Shown here piece after piece: positions 39,614-49,031 of a DNA stretch of 64,000 nucleotides. The notes under the pieces are model-generated. The model saw nothing but the letters and a program-made list of their open reading frames with translations. It had not been told where the DNA came from and ran no database searches. This DNA comes from a virus. Position 1 is the first letter of the stretch, and each line of letters opens with the position of its first letter. Where the stretch lies: positions 1 to 64,000 of IMG/VR virus record IMGVR_UViG_3300029959_000014; one strand, 5' to 3'. The translations under genes were made by a program, and so were the position numbers.

Positions 39614-39891
39614 AACATTATCACCTTGTTGCCGCGTTCATTTAAGTAGTAGCCATTATATTTGTTAATTACGTAACTAATTGCTGTATCGCTGATTATG
39701 TAGATGTTGTTTAATCTTTTGGAATTTACATTATCGTTTTTGCACCCAACAATTTTTATATAACTCATTCGTTTGAGATTGCCGATACCGAAGCCATCGA
39801 TTCCTAATGCTGTTATGTCATTACTGGTGAATTGATTACTGCCAAAGTTTTTGTACAATTTTAATAGAAGGTTGTAAGTGCTGGTTTTCAT
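39610..39891 (-). CDS. hypothetical small protein
   Basis: It starts CATTACTAGT. Confidence 0.35.
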   Translation of the reverse strand: MKTSTYNLLLKLYKNFGSNQFTSNDITALGIDGFGIGNLKRMSYIKIVGCKNDNVNSKRLNNIYIISDTAISYVINKYNGYYLNERGNKVIML

Positions 39892-40128
39892 TACTAGTAT
39901 ATCAGCGTGGAGATTTATAAAACTAACGAATCAGAGTATTGGTGATATTATTTATATTTTATAAAATAATCTCTGATTAGTTTTTCAGCACAGGTTTCAC
40001 AATATATACATTCATGAAAGAGAAATTCATGACTTTTCCATTTAACTGCCATGTGGTCATAACCAACATCAATAATTTCTTGTTCACAAATTCTACATTT
40101 CATAATATCATCACTTACACGATGTTAC

Positions 40129-40314
40129 CTATATAATGTGAATACCATTACCGTGCATAAGTTTACGTAGGTAATACTCGCGTTCATTTTTGTGATCTTG
40201 TGCATCAATAATAGTATTACATAATGATTTGTATAATTCACTATCATCTGTGTCACTAAATACAAAATTCTTAAGCATTTCAAATTCTTGATCTGTGAGG
40301 ACTAATTGATACAT
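40129..40314 (-). CDS. small acidic ORF immediately downstream of the radical-SAM gene
   Basis: It is separated by 6 nt from 40321-41397. Confidence 0.35.
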   Translation of the reverse strand: MYQLVLTDQEFEMLKNFVFSDTDDSELYKSLCNTIIDAQDHKNEREYYLRKLMHGNGIHII

Positions 40315-40320
40315 GACGAA

Positions 40321-41397
40321 TCATCCCCCTACACATAAATTAAATAGTGGACATTCTCGATTATTTGTTAGTAATTTTTTGCGGAACGAAGTGAAAGTTT
40401 CTGATTGCCAGAGATCATCTATGTTGGTTATGTTATTGATGTGAATTCCTTTGCATTGATCATTACTAAATGAGCAAGGATAGAAATTTCCAGTAGTATC
40501 TAAATATGCACTGAATAGTGTTGATTCACAAGATTCAATAACATCTTTAAATTGTTCCATTTGTTTATTGCATAGACACATAGGTGATGAACAAGAATCA
40601 AACCCTATACTGATGTTATTTGATAACGCATAGGATATAAAGTCGTCAAGCATCGATTGGGTGATGGGATGGAAATTGTCCTGTGCACGACCTTTTGGTT
40701 TTACCCAAAGGAATACAATTGCATTGGGATTGAAGTATGAGTTATCTTTGACTTCTTGGAGAATTTTCATTGCGTCATTGTAAGTTTCCATTGAAAGAAA
40801 TTGGTGGACATTGACTTGTGCTAATTTACTTGGAACATTATTCATATCACACTGCATGTAGTCAACCATCAGTATAGTATCTTCTAATTTGTAATTGCTA
40901 ATTGCTACTGCACCACAATGATTTCGAATAGCATGAAGTTGATCATCGACACCCATACCATGTAAATATTCGTGTGAAGCAATTGTTATGTTTGGTATGA
41001 TATTTTTACTTCTAGTGTATTTTAGGATGTCTTCCAGATGTGGAATGTAATTAAGACTTCCAACACCATATGCAATCTGCATCAATATGGGATTCATTGA
41101 TTTGATTTTATCAAGACTAGATTTGAATGTATCAATGTCAATTGTATCATTTGATGGCATACATGACTTGTAACACCAAGGACAACAATGATCACACGAT
41201 GAAGAAAGTTCCCAATCGAGATGTTCAAACATCGGTGCAACTTGTGGATCATTACTATGGTTGAATCCTTTACGTTCCATGTAACCATTCAATTTATTAA
41301 ACCTCACATTATACTGATCATTAGTAATGATCTTGTATTTACTATTTTCTTTGATGGTTAGTTTCAATTTATTCATACTATACACCAACATATACAT
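40321..41397 (-). CDS. radical-SAM-like enzyme with a Cys-rich (SPASM/twitch-like) C-terminal region
   Basis: CDHCCPWCY fits CxxxCxxC(Y). C-terminal CSSPMCLC...CES...CSF...C...CPLFNLC is a candidate auxiliary-cluster region. The glycine-rich SAM motif is not clear. Confidence 0.4.
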   Translation of the reverse strand: MYMLVYSMNKLKLTIKENSKYKIITNDQYNVRFNKLNGYMERKGFNHSNDPQVAPMFEHLDWELSSSCDHCCPWCYKSCMPSNDTIDIDTFKSSLDKIKSMNPILMQIAYGVGSLNYIPHLEDILKYTRSKNIIPNITIASHEYLHGMGVDDQLHAIRNHCGAVAISNYKLEDTILMVDYMQCDMNNVPSKLAQVNVHQFLSMETYNDAMKILQEVKDNSYFNPNAIVFLWVKPKGRAQDNFHPITQSMLDDFISYALSNNISIGFDSCSSPMCLCNKQMEQFKDVIESCESTLFSAYLDTTGNFYPCSFSNDQCKGIHINNITNIDDLWQSETFTSFRKKLLTNNRECPLFNLCVGG

Positions 41398-41577
41398 TTT
41401 AATATTTTACAACAGCGATACTTACAAATGATTCACCTTGGAAATTGTGTGTTCGTTCTATAACCTTATACACACAATAATCATGGATAATAAAGTCTCC
41501 AACTACTGGAGGAACTTCAAAATCCATGAAAGTGTCTTTATCACTGTTCCCCATAAATTCAACATTGATTTTCATAA

Positions 41578-41760
41578 CTAGAGTTTACACCCCATACAAA
41601 TTATTTCTTCTACTAATCCATTTACGTATAATTCACATTTCTTTTCAGCAATGTAATCATTAAGGTAGATGCATTCTCCACCAAAATTACATTGGTTGGT
41701 GTTGTCATCAAGTTCCAGACAGTGATTACTAGTATGTTTGTAGTTTGGATTATTTAACAT
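41578..41760 (-). CDS. small Cys-rich protein (60 aa)
   Basis: It has 7 Cys in 60 aa and starts CATAACTAGAGTTTACACC. Confidence 0.4.
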   Translation of the reverse strand: MLNNPNYKHTSNHCLELDDNTNQCNFGGECIYLNDYIAEKKCELYVNGLVEEIICMGCKL

Positions 41761-41961
41761 TTACTGTTGCTTCCATTCATTTAATTTTGTCTTCAATGCA
41801 TTAAATGCAGAATTTACACCTCTACGAAATTGATAATTATCATTGAACTTTTTAGTATTGTCATCTGATAACTCATCAATAAGATCACACATATAGTCAA
41901 TTGAAATAAAATTTCCGAAATTCGTTTTAATTAATTCTAATTTAGATTCTTTAGTGGTCAT
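41761..41961 (-). CDS. small hypothetical protein
   Basis: Its stop abuts the next start, suggesting an operon. Confidence 0.35.
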   Translation of the reverse strand: MTTKESKLELIKTNFGNFISIDYMCDLIDELSDDNTKKFNDNYQFRRGVNSAFNALKTKLNEWKQQ

Positions 41962-41969
41962 TTATATCA

Positions 41970-42293
41970 TTAATCCTCCCAAGGAATGTTTCCAATGTCA
42001 TTAAGTCCATACCATGCATAATCTTGACTTGTATAGCAATCAGCGAATTGACAGGCATATGCAATATCAGTGAAGTCACCGAGCAATTCAACGTAATCAT
42101 GATGAACTTCTTCTACAGCCCAAAACTGTGTATGGGTTTGATCATCGTAGTGACTTGGGTGCACAACGACTTTTGTGTATGAAAAATCATCATTTTTATA
42201 TGTTTCAGGAAATGTTGCTTGAAAATTCCTTATGAAATCATAACAGTTGAATTGAGATTTAAAACATTTAAACATAACTAGTGATCTCCACAT
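41970..42293 (-). CDS. hypothetical protein
   Basis: It is preceded by GGAGATCACTAGTT before the ATG. Confidence 0.4.
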   Translation of the reverse strand: MWRSLVMFKCFKSQFNCYDFIRNFQATFPETYKNDDFSYTKVVVHPSHYDDQTHTQFWAVEEVHHDYVELLGDFTDIAYACQFADCYTSQDYAWYGLNDIGNIPWED

Positions 42294-42299
42294 TAAAAT

Positions 42300-42482
42300 T
42301 TATTCAATTCCATGATCATAAAACATCACGATATCTTCATATAACTGTGTTACTTCTTTCATGTTGTCAAAATACTGTAAAGATGGATTATTTTCAATTG
42401 TAAATGATAATACATCCTTTATTATATTAACTTCATCTAGTGTTAATTTCCAAATGTGTTCACAATTAATTCCGATTTTCAT
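42300..42482 (-). CDS. small hypothetical protein
   Basis: It is preceded by TTTTAATGCGGAGGAGTTAGTA before the ATG. Confidence 0.4.
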   Translation of the reverse strand: MKIGINCEHIWKLTLDEVNIIKDVLSFTIENNPSLQYFDNMKEVTQLYEDIVMFYDHGIE

Positions 42483-42513
42483 TACTAACTCCTCCGCATT
42501 AAAATTTTACTAT

Positions 42514-42786
42514 TCACATTATGTAGGGATCGTAAATTTGATTAAATTCATCGATGGTGAGATTCCATAGACATGGTTCAATACTGTCTTCGTAATCACG
42601 AATTTTATCACGGTCATTTAGATACATACAAAAGTAATCAGTATTAAGATCGTCGCTATAGAAAATACAAACACCACATGAACGAACTTGTCGTTCCAGT
42701 ATACTAGGGATATCAGCAATTCGAGTTCCTTGTTTACATAATCCTTCTAATTTTAAATTTGTACATATGTTTTCATAATAGTTCAT
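42514..42786 (-). CDS. small Cys-containing protein
   Basis: It is preceded by GGTGTAAACTCTAGTT before the ATG. Confidence 0.4.
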   Translation of the reverse strand: MNYYENICTNLKLEGLCKQGTRIADIPSILERQVRSCGVCIFYSDDLNTDYFCMYLNDRDKIRDYEDSIEPCLWNLTIDEFNQIYDPYIM

Positions 42787-43016
42787 AACTAGAGTTTACA
42801 CCGCCATAATTTTATAGACAAGTAATATACAGAATAATATGACGACTAATAATATAAATTGTTTGTATTTTTCATCATTAGTCACTAACAACCTCCGTGT
42901 AAGGTTTTGTGAAATATTCAGTGGCACACTTCATGTGAAAGTTGTGGCATGTAATCCAATTGGAAGTTTCACCGCGCTGGATAGGTTTTCCACAATAATA
43001 ACAGTGAATGTCTACA

Positions 43017-43271
43017 TTACTGGTGCTCATCATTATATCCTCTGTAGTTGCAAACTATTTCATTAAGTTGTTCTGATGATTCATAAATCTTATTATCTAA
43101 ATATGTTAAAAGTAACATGAAAGATGAAAAAACACACAAATAAAAAGATCCTTGTAGTATTATTGAACAAATATAATAATTATCATCGATAATAAGTCCT
43201 CTTACAATCCCAACTATTCCTATTAACAATAATATTAAATATACTCCAAATTTCTGTTTATAATAATGCAT
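43017..43271 (-). CDS. small TM protein
   Basis: It has two hydrophobic helices. Confidence 0.35.
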   Translation of the reverse strand: MHYYKQKFGVYLILLLIGIVGIVRGLIIDDNYYICSIILQGSFYLCVFSSFMLLLTYLDNKIYESSEQLNEIVCNYRGYNDEHQ

Positions 43272-43273
43272 CT

Positions 43274-43474
43274 TTAGAATCCTTGGAATTCATCACGAAT
43301 TTGCTCCTGTAAGATTTTCATTCTATCCATAAATCCATCATTATCTATGGAATCATTTACATAATATGTTCGTAGATAAATCAAGTATCTAATTTTGGAA
43401 TAAACTTCTTCACTCGTCTTGATCATCTCAAATAACATGTAATCGGTATTGGTGAGATCTCTAATTCTAATCAT
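43274..43474 (-). CDS. small hypothetical protein
   Basis: It is co-oriented and tightly packed. Confidence 0.3.
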   Translation of the reverse strand: MIRIRDLTNTDYMLFEMIKTSEEVYSKIRYLIYLRTYYVNDSIDNDGFMDRMKILQEQIRDEFQGF

Positions 43475-43710
43475 GATACAAATTCCTCATTATCATTGAT
43501 ACCTTCATCACAAGGGACTTGAGTATCGTAAATCGTTCTAATTGGTTTACCATTATGATCAATAATCATCATTCTACCAATAGTATATACTTTGTAATAT
43601 GGTGGATAATGTTTTAAAATGTCGATTAGATCGTGTATGTTAATTGTCATTACCAACCTCATCACTACATTTCTTATATAAATCATAGAAATACCATACG
43701 AATATCCCAA
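43471..43710 (-). CDS. small hypothetical protein
   Basis: It overlaps its neighbours in an operon-like way. Confidence 0.3.
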   Translation of the reverse strand: MGYSYGISMIYIRNVVMRLVMTINIHDLIDILKHYPPYYKVYTIGRMMIIDHNGKPIRTIYDTQVPCDEGINDNEEFVS

Positions 43711-43957
43711 TAACTATACAAATTACAAGCAATATAAATGTGATCTGTATAATGAAACATGCAAATGCTCCAATAATATTACCTATAAAGGTAATTACAA
43801 TACACAAAAATACTAGAAGTAACATTGCTCCGACAATAATTGATACGGTGCAGATCATACCAAATATTGCTTGTAAACTAGTCCATACATCAGATTTGAT
43901 GTGTTTTATAAAACAAGATTTATTTAACTTCATAATATACATTCCTCTAATGGACAT
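43640..43957 (-). CDS. multi-pass small membrane protein
   Basis: It has three hydrophobic segments. Confidence 0.35.
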   Translation of the reverse strand: MSIRGMYIMKLNKSCFIKHIKSDVWTSLQAIFGMICTVSIIVGAMLLLVFLCIVITFIGNIIGAFACFIIQITFILLVICIVIGIFVWYFYDLYKKCSDEVGNDN

Positions 43958-44075
43958 CCATCTGGTATTGTAATATAATTCCTGACGTTAGATCCTGTTA
44001 TCATACAATCTCCATAAATATCATGATATGGACATAATTTACAATTCTCTACTTTTATAATGATTTGTTTCATTA

Positions 44076-44285
44076 CTAGAGTTTTCCTTTTAATAATGGG
44101 CAATTATCAGGTGGTTCATCTTCCCAATTTACATAGGTTGTTACGTCATCATACGTCAGATCACACCAATATTTATCTTGGTAGAGACTTACATCTTCAC
44201 CTTCTGATTCATATTGATGTGGACACCCATTACAATGAACAATATTGTTAGTTATCATATTTACCAATTGTCTAATGGACACCAT
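44076..44285 (-). CDS. small Cys-rich protein (CNGCP...WCD...DNCPL)
   Basis: It is a member of a WC/CPL small-protein family. Confidence 0.4.
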   Translation of the reverse strand: MVSIRQLVNMITNNIVHCNGCPHQYESEGEDVSLYQDKYWCDLTYDDVTTYVNWEDEPPDNCPLLKGKL

Positions 44286-44467
44286 TTTGGGATGTCACCG
44301 GTTGTGTCATCAAATGGTTTTCCATCATCAGGAAATTTACCGAATACCGGGTGATTACATGAACAATAATCTTCGGAGTGTGTTTCTAATCCACTTGAAT
44401 GATAGCACCATCGACATGAATCAATTACATAACTTGGGACAATTTTCATAACTTGTTTAGACTTCAT
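44261..44467 (-). CDS. small Cys-rich protein (CRWC...CSCNHP...KWCPLDNW)
   Basis: It is paralog-like to 44076-44285. Confidence 0.4.
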   Translation of the reverse strand: MKSKQVMKIVPSYVIDSCRWCYHSSGLETHSEDYCSCNHPVFGKFPDDGKPFDDTTGDIPKWCPLDNW

Positions 44468-44759
44468 AACTAGTGTTTTCCTTTTTAGTGTTTGCCTTTT
44501 TAGAATTTGCCTTTTGATTTTTCTTTAAACAATACATGAGATTTATTACATTTATATCATAACCAATCACCATCATACAACCGTCTTCAGAACGAGCAAA
44601 ACCAGGTATAGATTCATCGGTTATGCATTCATAGGCATATCGACGCTTACCATGATCGCTAATGTAGGTTCTAGAATTGATCCAGAGATCTCCGGTTGGT
44701 GATATACAAGTTATGTAAGGATCATTACCTGTTATGAAGTCAAATATGGTATTGATCAT
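44457..44759 (-). CDS. hypothetical protein
   Basis: It is a co-oriented ORF. Confidence 0.35.
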   Translation of the reverse strand: MINTIFDFITGNDPYITCISPTGDLWINSRTYISDHGKRRYAYECITDESIPGFARSEDGCMMVIGYDINVINLMYCLKKNQKANSKKANTKKENTSYEV

Positions 44760-44771
44760 ATTAACACATTT

Positions 44772-45176
44772 TTATTCTTCCCATTGTTCGATCCATTCAA
44801 CATAGATGCCTTCATTATCAAATGTTATTATATATTTATCACCAGTGTAACATTTAAGTTGTTCTATAAAATGAGGAACTGTAACACCTGAATCTAAAGT
44901 TTTATATTTAAAACGTTTGAATTTATTAGTTGGATTGTATTTATCAAGATAAAACTGTTGAAGGTTTCCATCAACACGTTTCCAATATCCTTCTAGTTTA
45001 AACGGAGGACATTCATCAAGATATAAATTTTTTCTTGTTCTATCAGTTGTAAAACTTTTATATGCTGTTCCAATTACCATATCACCAAATCGAGACACTT
45101 GAAGTATTCCATTAAGTCCAACGATAACGTAGTCTCCTGGTTCTACATTATCATCAAAAGCACAATTCATCTGCAT
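44772..45176 (-). CDS. hypothetical protein
   Basis: It is a co-oriented ORF. Confidence 0.4.
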   Translation of the reverse strand: MQMNCAFDDNVEPGDYVIVGLNGILQVSRFGDMVIGTAYKSFTTDRTRKNLYLDECPPFKLEGYWKRVDGNLQQFYLDKYNPTNKFKRFKYKTLDSGVTVPHFIEQLKCYTGDKYIITFDNEGIYVEWIEQWEE

Positions 45177-45409
45177 AATTCATCATCTATCTTAAATTCA
45201 TTTATAATTGTTTGTGCATATTTTAATTCTGTTCGCAATTCAAATATCTCTTTAATATAATACTTTGATTGTTCTTCAAGTTGATTGTTTAATCGTTGCA
45301 AATTTTCATAACGTCGCTTATAATCATGTAATTGTTCTTCAGTGGTAGGTTTATACTTATGATCGTCACCAAAACTTGCATCAATTGCCATTAATTTCCT
45401 CACATTCAA
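45167..45409 (-). CDS. small coiled-coil protein
   Basis: It has E/Q/L/K heptads. Confidence 0.35.
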   Translation of the reverse strand: MNVRKLMAIDASFGDDHKYKPTTEEQLHDYKRRYENLQRLNNQLEEQSKYYIKEIFELRTELKYAQTIINEFKIDDELCR

Positions 45410-45725
45410 TATGCACTATTCCATCACGTATTGTAGTGATGAATTCCTTGGCTTCACTGTATGCATGATCGTCGTTTTCAGTTGAAAATTCCTTGAGGAC
45501 GATATCAGTGTTGTTTACTATGACTTTATAGATTTCAACCTTTCGTTTTATATAGAATCTACAGATGTGTTCAGCAAACCTTACACTGTAATTTGAATTT
45601 GCAAAGGGACAAACCACGTAATCGTTTTCTTTGTATCCAAGGAGTGTTTTTAATTCTTTACACCCACAAGCCTTATCACCATATCGGTATTGACCCATAA
45701 CTAGGGTAAATTTATTACTATCCAT
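45381..45725 (-). CDS. hypothetical protein
   Basis: It starts CATAACTAGGG. Confidence 0.35.
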   Translation of the reverse strand: MDSNKFTLVMGQYRYGDKACGCKELKTLLGYKENDYVVCPFANSNYSVRFAEHICRFYIKRKVEIYKVIVNNTDIVLKEFSTENDDHAYSEAKEFITTIRDGIVHIECEEINGN

Positions 45726-45734
45726 GACTTATCA

Positions 45735-46067
45735 TCATCCATCACACAATTTAGATATCCGCTTCCATATATTTGATATGATTTTAGATTTTTCTAATTC
45801 TTGTTCGCTTAATCCAAGATGCCTCCAAAGCGGGCGTCCGTTTTCTGCTTCTAGAATTTTTACTAACTGATCTCTCGTAATGGTATTTTTAATCGAAGCA
45901 TACATTTTCAATTTGCGAATTTCTCGCTTTAAGTAGTATGTATCATCCACCTTTTTAAGAAATGAACGAGGACATCTCTTATATTTAAGTTCACCATCTT
46001 TCTTATAAAGTAAAATAACATCACTGTCATCATTACCAAAGTTAAATAAATTAAATTCATTAAACAT
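45735..46067 (-). CDS. hypothetical basic protein
   Basis: It is a co-oriented ORF. Confidence 0.35.
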   Translation of the reverse strand: MFNEFNLFNFGNDDSDVILLYKKDGELKYKRCPRSFLKKVDDTYYLKREIRKLKMYASIKNTITRDQLVKILEAENGRPLWRHLGLSEQELEKSKIISNIWKRISKLCDG

Positions 46068-46069
46068 AA

Positions 46070-46297
46070 TTATAACCTACTTGAATTAATTATTTTTACA
46101 CCTAGGCATTGCACTGGGAATCCATCATCCTTGATAGCATCAACTTGGATGTCTTTGTGTAGACTCCCACAATAAAAGGTTTCTTCACTAGAATCTTCTT
46201 CCTCATAATGTGGACAATCCCTACATTTTTGAACATAAATTTTGATGATTCTAACGTCATTAATACTTGCGATTATAACCACGTCCTTCATAATCAT
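46070..46297 (-). CDS. small Cys-containing protein
   Basis: It has a CRDCPHY...C motif. Confidence 0.3.
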   Translation of the reverse strand: MIMKDVVIIASINDVRIIKIYVQKCRDCPHYEEEDSSEETFYCGSLHKDIQVDAIKDDGFPVQCLGVKIINSSRL

Positions 46298-46544
46298 GAC
46301 TCGTGTAACTGTTCATTCTAGTAGATATTTCGTCACGTAATCGGCTTTGCATTTCAATAATGGCATTACTGTAACGATCTGAACGAACATTCCTGTTGTC
46401 TATGTAGATTTCTAGTATCGCTAATGCCTCATCATTAATTTCAATAGATTTCATTTTGGATCTTGTATAAGATTCATCTAAATTTGATTCAACTACCTTG
46501 AGATCATCGAGTAAATTTTGAAGATTAAACATCGTTAATACCAC
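46260..46544 (-). CDS. hypothetical small protein
   Basis: It is a co-oriented ORF. Confidence 0.3.
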   Translation of the reverse strand: MVLTMFNLQNLLDDLKVVESNLDESYTRSKMKSIEINDEALAILEIYIDNRNVRSDRYSNAIIEMQSRLRDEISTRMNSYTSHDYEGRGYNRKY

Positions 46545-46740
46545 TTTGTATATGATAATGTGATCCGGCAGGAATCCATAAAGCGCGATATGACTGTTCT
46601 AAAAATTCATTGAATTTTCTAAAATCATGATAACATTTAATTCCAATTTCTGGCATGTATTCAGTTGTATGCATCATTGCTCGGTAACTTCGATGACGAA
46701 AGGCATAACGACCCCCATCGATTATAACAACCAATTTCAT
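46525..46740 (-). CDS. hypothetical small protein
   Basis: It is a co-oriented ORF. Confidence 0.3.
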   Translation of the reverse strand: MKLVVIIDGGRYAFRHRSYRAMMHTTEYMPEIGIKCYHDFRKFNEFLEQSYRALWIPAGSHYHIQSGINDV

Positions 46741-46988
46741 TTCGGAACATAATTACTTATTACCTCATTAAATTTTTCTATTCCAAGATCTGTTAACCAT
46801 GCTCCTCTCACAGATGTTCCATAGTCTATATACCCTTTATTAGACCATTTATACAAAGTTGCATAAATTTGTTTTTCAGCAACACCACATCTATTACATA
46901 ACTCATCTATTTGATCTGGTAGCCATATTTGATAATTAACAGAATTTAAAAAGATATTCATTAAAAATTTTTCTGCATCTAGATTCAT
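46737..46988 (-). CDS. hypothetical small protein
   Basis: It is a co-oriented ORF. Confidence 0.3.
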   Translation of the reverse strand: MNLDAEKFLMNIFLNSVNYQIWLPDQIDELCNRCGVAEKQIYATLYKWSNKGYIDYGTSVRGAWLTDLGIEKFNEVISNYVPK

Positions 46989-46997
46989 AATACAAAT

Positions 46998-47312
46998 TTA
47001 GACCTTTACGTTTGATCCTACGTGATAACACCCACACTTTACAATTCCATTATTTTTGAATGTAAAGACCATTGGAGAGCCATCATGTGTGCATTCCCAC
47101 CCTAGACGACGAATAAACCTTTTCAATTTCGTGATTCTCTCACCATCAGAATCATCATTACCAAATACATTGGATTGACTACCATAACCATCATATTCAT
47201 CGATCATTTCAACACCACTAACGATGTCATCAACAATGTCATCATTAATTTGTATGCCGTTATCAGCCAATATTTCCTTGACTGTATTACGTTTAACTTC
47301 TTCAAGACTCAT
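46998..47312 (-). CDS. hypothetical acidic protein
   Basis: It is a co-oriented ORF. Confidence 0.35.
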   Translation of the reverse strand: MSLEEVKRNTVKEILADNGIQINDDIVDDIVSGVEMIDEYDGYGSQSNVFGNDDSDGERITKLKRFIRRLGWECTHDGSPMVFTFKNNGIVKCGCYHVGSNVKV

Positions 47313-47335
47313 AAATATCGATATACCCCGTATTG

Positions 47336-47581
47336 TTAAGCCATTTTACATGAAAACTTTCTACTTCTTGCCTCTTCTATAGCAATCGATTCTAAATATT
47401 CTTTATGAACGTTGCAAAAATATTCATAGAGTCGTTCACTCAAGTCATAACTTGAAAAATTTAATTCTAACATTGTAATAAAATCATATATGGTATCTTC
47501 ATCAAAACCATATGAAATTTTAATTAAAATATCTTCAAGATCAACTTTAACATTAAAATCCACTTCATGTTTTTCATTCAT
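47336..47581 (-). CDS. hypothetical small protein
   Basis: It is a co-oriented ORF. Confidence 0.3.
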   Translation of the reverse strand: MNEKHEVDFNVKVDLEDILIKISYGFDEDTIYDFITMLELNFSSYDLSERLYEYFCNVHKEYLESIAIEEARSRKFSCKMA

Positions 47582-47880
47582 AACATATCTCCAACATTAT
47601 CATTTTCATAACATACACATTCTTTATATGCATCATACCAACTACCTTGATGATAGTTACAAATTTCATCGTAAACATCATAATGCTCTTTTATACATCT
47701 ACGTTTATAAACATCACAATGATGATATCCAGATTGGTGATTACATTTAAATTTATCAAATTTCTCACAATGTAAAACCCCATCTTCATTACACGACTCC
47801 TTATATATTTTTGAGTAAACATCTATGTTAAATTTCATTCTATCACAATACCTTTTTCTTTTTAGTTTGTCCATCAACAT
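47578..47880 (-). CDS. Cys/His/Tyr-rich small protein
   Basis: It has a CNHQSGYHHCDVYKRRC...CNYHQG...CVC cluster. Confidence 0.4.
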   Translation of the reverse strand: MLMDKLKRKRYCDRMKFNIDVYSKIYKESCNEDGVLHCEKFDKFKCNHQSGYHHCDVYKRRCIKEHYDVYDEICNYHQGSWYDAYKECVCYENDNVGDML

Positions 47881-48127
47881 ATAATGTCAATTGAAAGTTA
47901 TAATCTTCCCACAACTCTTTATATAATTCTCCCTTTTTACCACAATCGTGTAAATGAGACTTAACATGAATTTCAAAATCCATGGTAGAATTAATTATTT
48001 CATCATAAATTTCAGATGAAATTTTCCTGGCATTCTTTGAAGTGTAAACTCTTCCAAGCCCCAATACTTTCACCTGTCTAATTAATCGTTTACACAACTC
48101 CATTTTATATTCATCATATTTGTTCAT
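47843..48127 (-). CDS. hypothetical basic protein
   Basis: It is a co-oriented ORF. Confidence 0.35.
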   Translation of the reverse strand: MNKYDEYKMELCKRLIRQVKVLGLGRVYTSKNARKISSEIYDEIINSTMDFEIHVKSHLHDCGKKGELYKELWEDYNFQLTLYVDGQTKKKKVL

Positions 48128-48504
48128 TCTATCACAATCCCTTTACCCCTTAAATTCTCCACGCATTCCTTATAATAAGCGTCGTCGTGTTCTGGGTAGA
48201 TGATATCTAGTTCGGTTGCATCACACAGTATATCATAATCAATTACCCATGAATTATCACATGTTTTACCACGATATGATGATCTAAACCATGATGTGTC
48301 AACTTTATATCCCCTATCATCCATTTCCATCATTACTACATTGTGATATGCAACCAACCACTCCACCGGATACTTAAACACATAATCCACAGTGCTATGT
48401 TTCTTACCCCATCCAAGACCCCTCAATGCTGCGCATTCGCGATGCTGCCCGAGCAACTGCTGCCTTGGGAGTTTGGGAATTAATTTTTGATGCCATAATC
48501 TCAT
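48124..48504 (-). CDS. possible pyrimidine-dimer DNA glycosylase (DenV/Pyr_excise-like)
   Basis: KLPRQQLLGQHRECAALRG aligns with the endonuclease V block ELADQHLMAEYRELPRV. The N-terminal MR (not MT) leaves the catalysis assignment uncertain. Confidence 0.35.
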   Translation of the reverse strand: MRLWHQKLIPKLPRQQLLGQHRECAALRGLGWGKKHSTVDYVFKYPVEWLVAYHNVVMMEMDDRGYKVDTSWFRSSYRGKTCDNSWVIDYDILCDATELDIIYPEHDDAYYKECVENLRGKGIVIE

Positions 48505-48660
48505 AACAATACACCTAAAATTATAGAGGTTCCTCGCTATTTGCTAATACAAAAAATTCGCCAGGCCATACATGAATACATATATAGTTTTCATTTATAT
48601 CACCATGCACTCTAATCTCATGATCTCCATACGTTTCTATAAATCCTTCTAATTTTTTAA

Positions 48661-48826
48661 CTAATTCGCTTGTTTGCATTTCCATTCTCCATTTTCATAC
48701 CAATATAACGCATGACATAGTTCACAATGTCCAGTATCTTTACAATCATCAATACCATAAAGTAAAATGTTGCCATTACAATACTTACAGTTCATTATTA
48801 TTAATTTCTGATGCCACAATCTCATA
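48661..48826 (-). CDS. small Cys-rich protein sharing the MRLWHQKLI start with the neighbouring gene
   Basis: The likely start is the internal ATG (MRLWHQKLIIMNCKYCNG...CELCH...C). The longer track ORF 48661-48918 overlaps the TM gene 48822-49031. Confidence 0.35.
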
Positions 48827-49031
48827 TTACACCATACATTTCTAAAACTGCTCCGATCGCCAATATGATAAATATCCACATAAATATGAGACATATAATC
48901 GGAAGTTTGAACCCCCACACTTTATAATCATACCATGCGGAAATTGTCATGGAAATCATAGCATACGAACCACCAATCCCAATTGCAATAACAAATAGGA
49001 TTATTAAACAAATTAATAACTCAACAAACAT
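48822..49031 (-). CDS. small two-TM membrane protein
   Basis: It is strongly hydrophobic. Confidence 0.35.
   Translation of the reverse strand: MFVELLICLIILFVIAIGIGGSYAMISMTISAWYDYKVWGFKLPIICLIFMWIFIILAIGAVLEMYGVI

Noticed and set aside
48124-48504. I did not make a confident T4 endonuclease V (DenV) call.
   Set aside because: The QQLLGQHRE block aligns with endonuclease V, but the catalytic N-terminal Thr2 is replaced by Arg. It is downgraded to possible.
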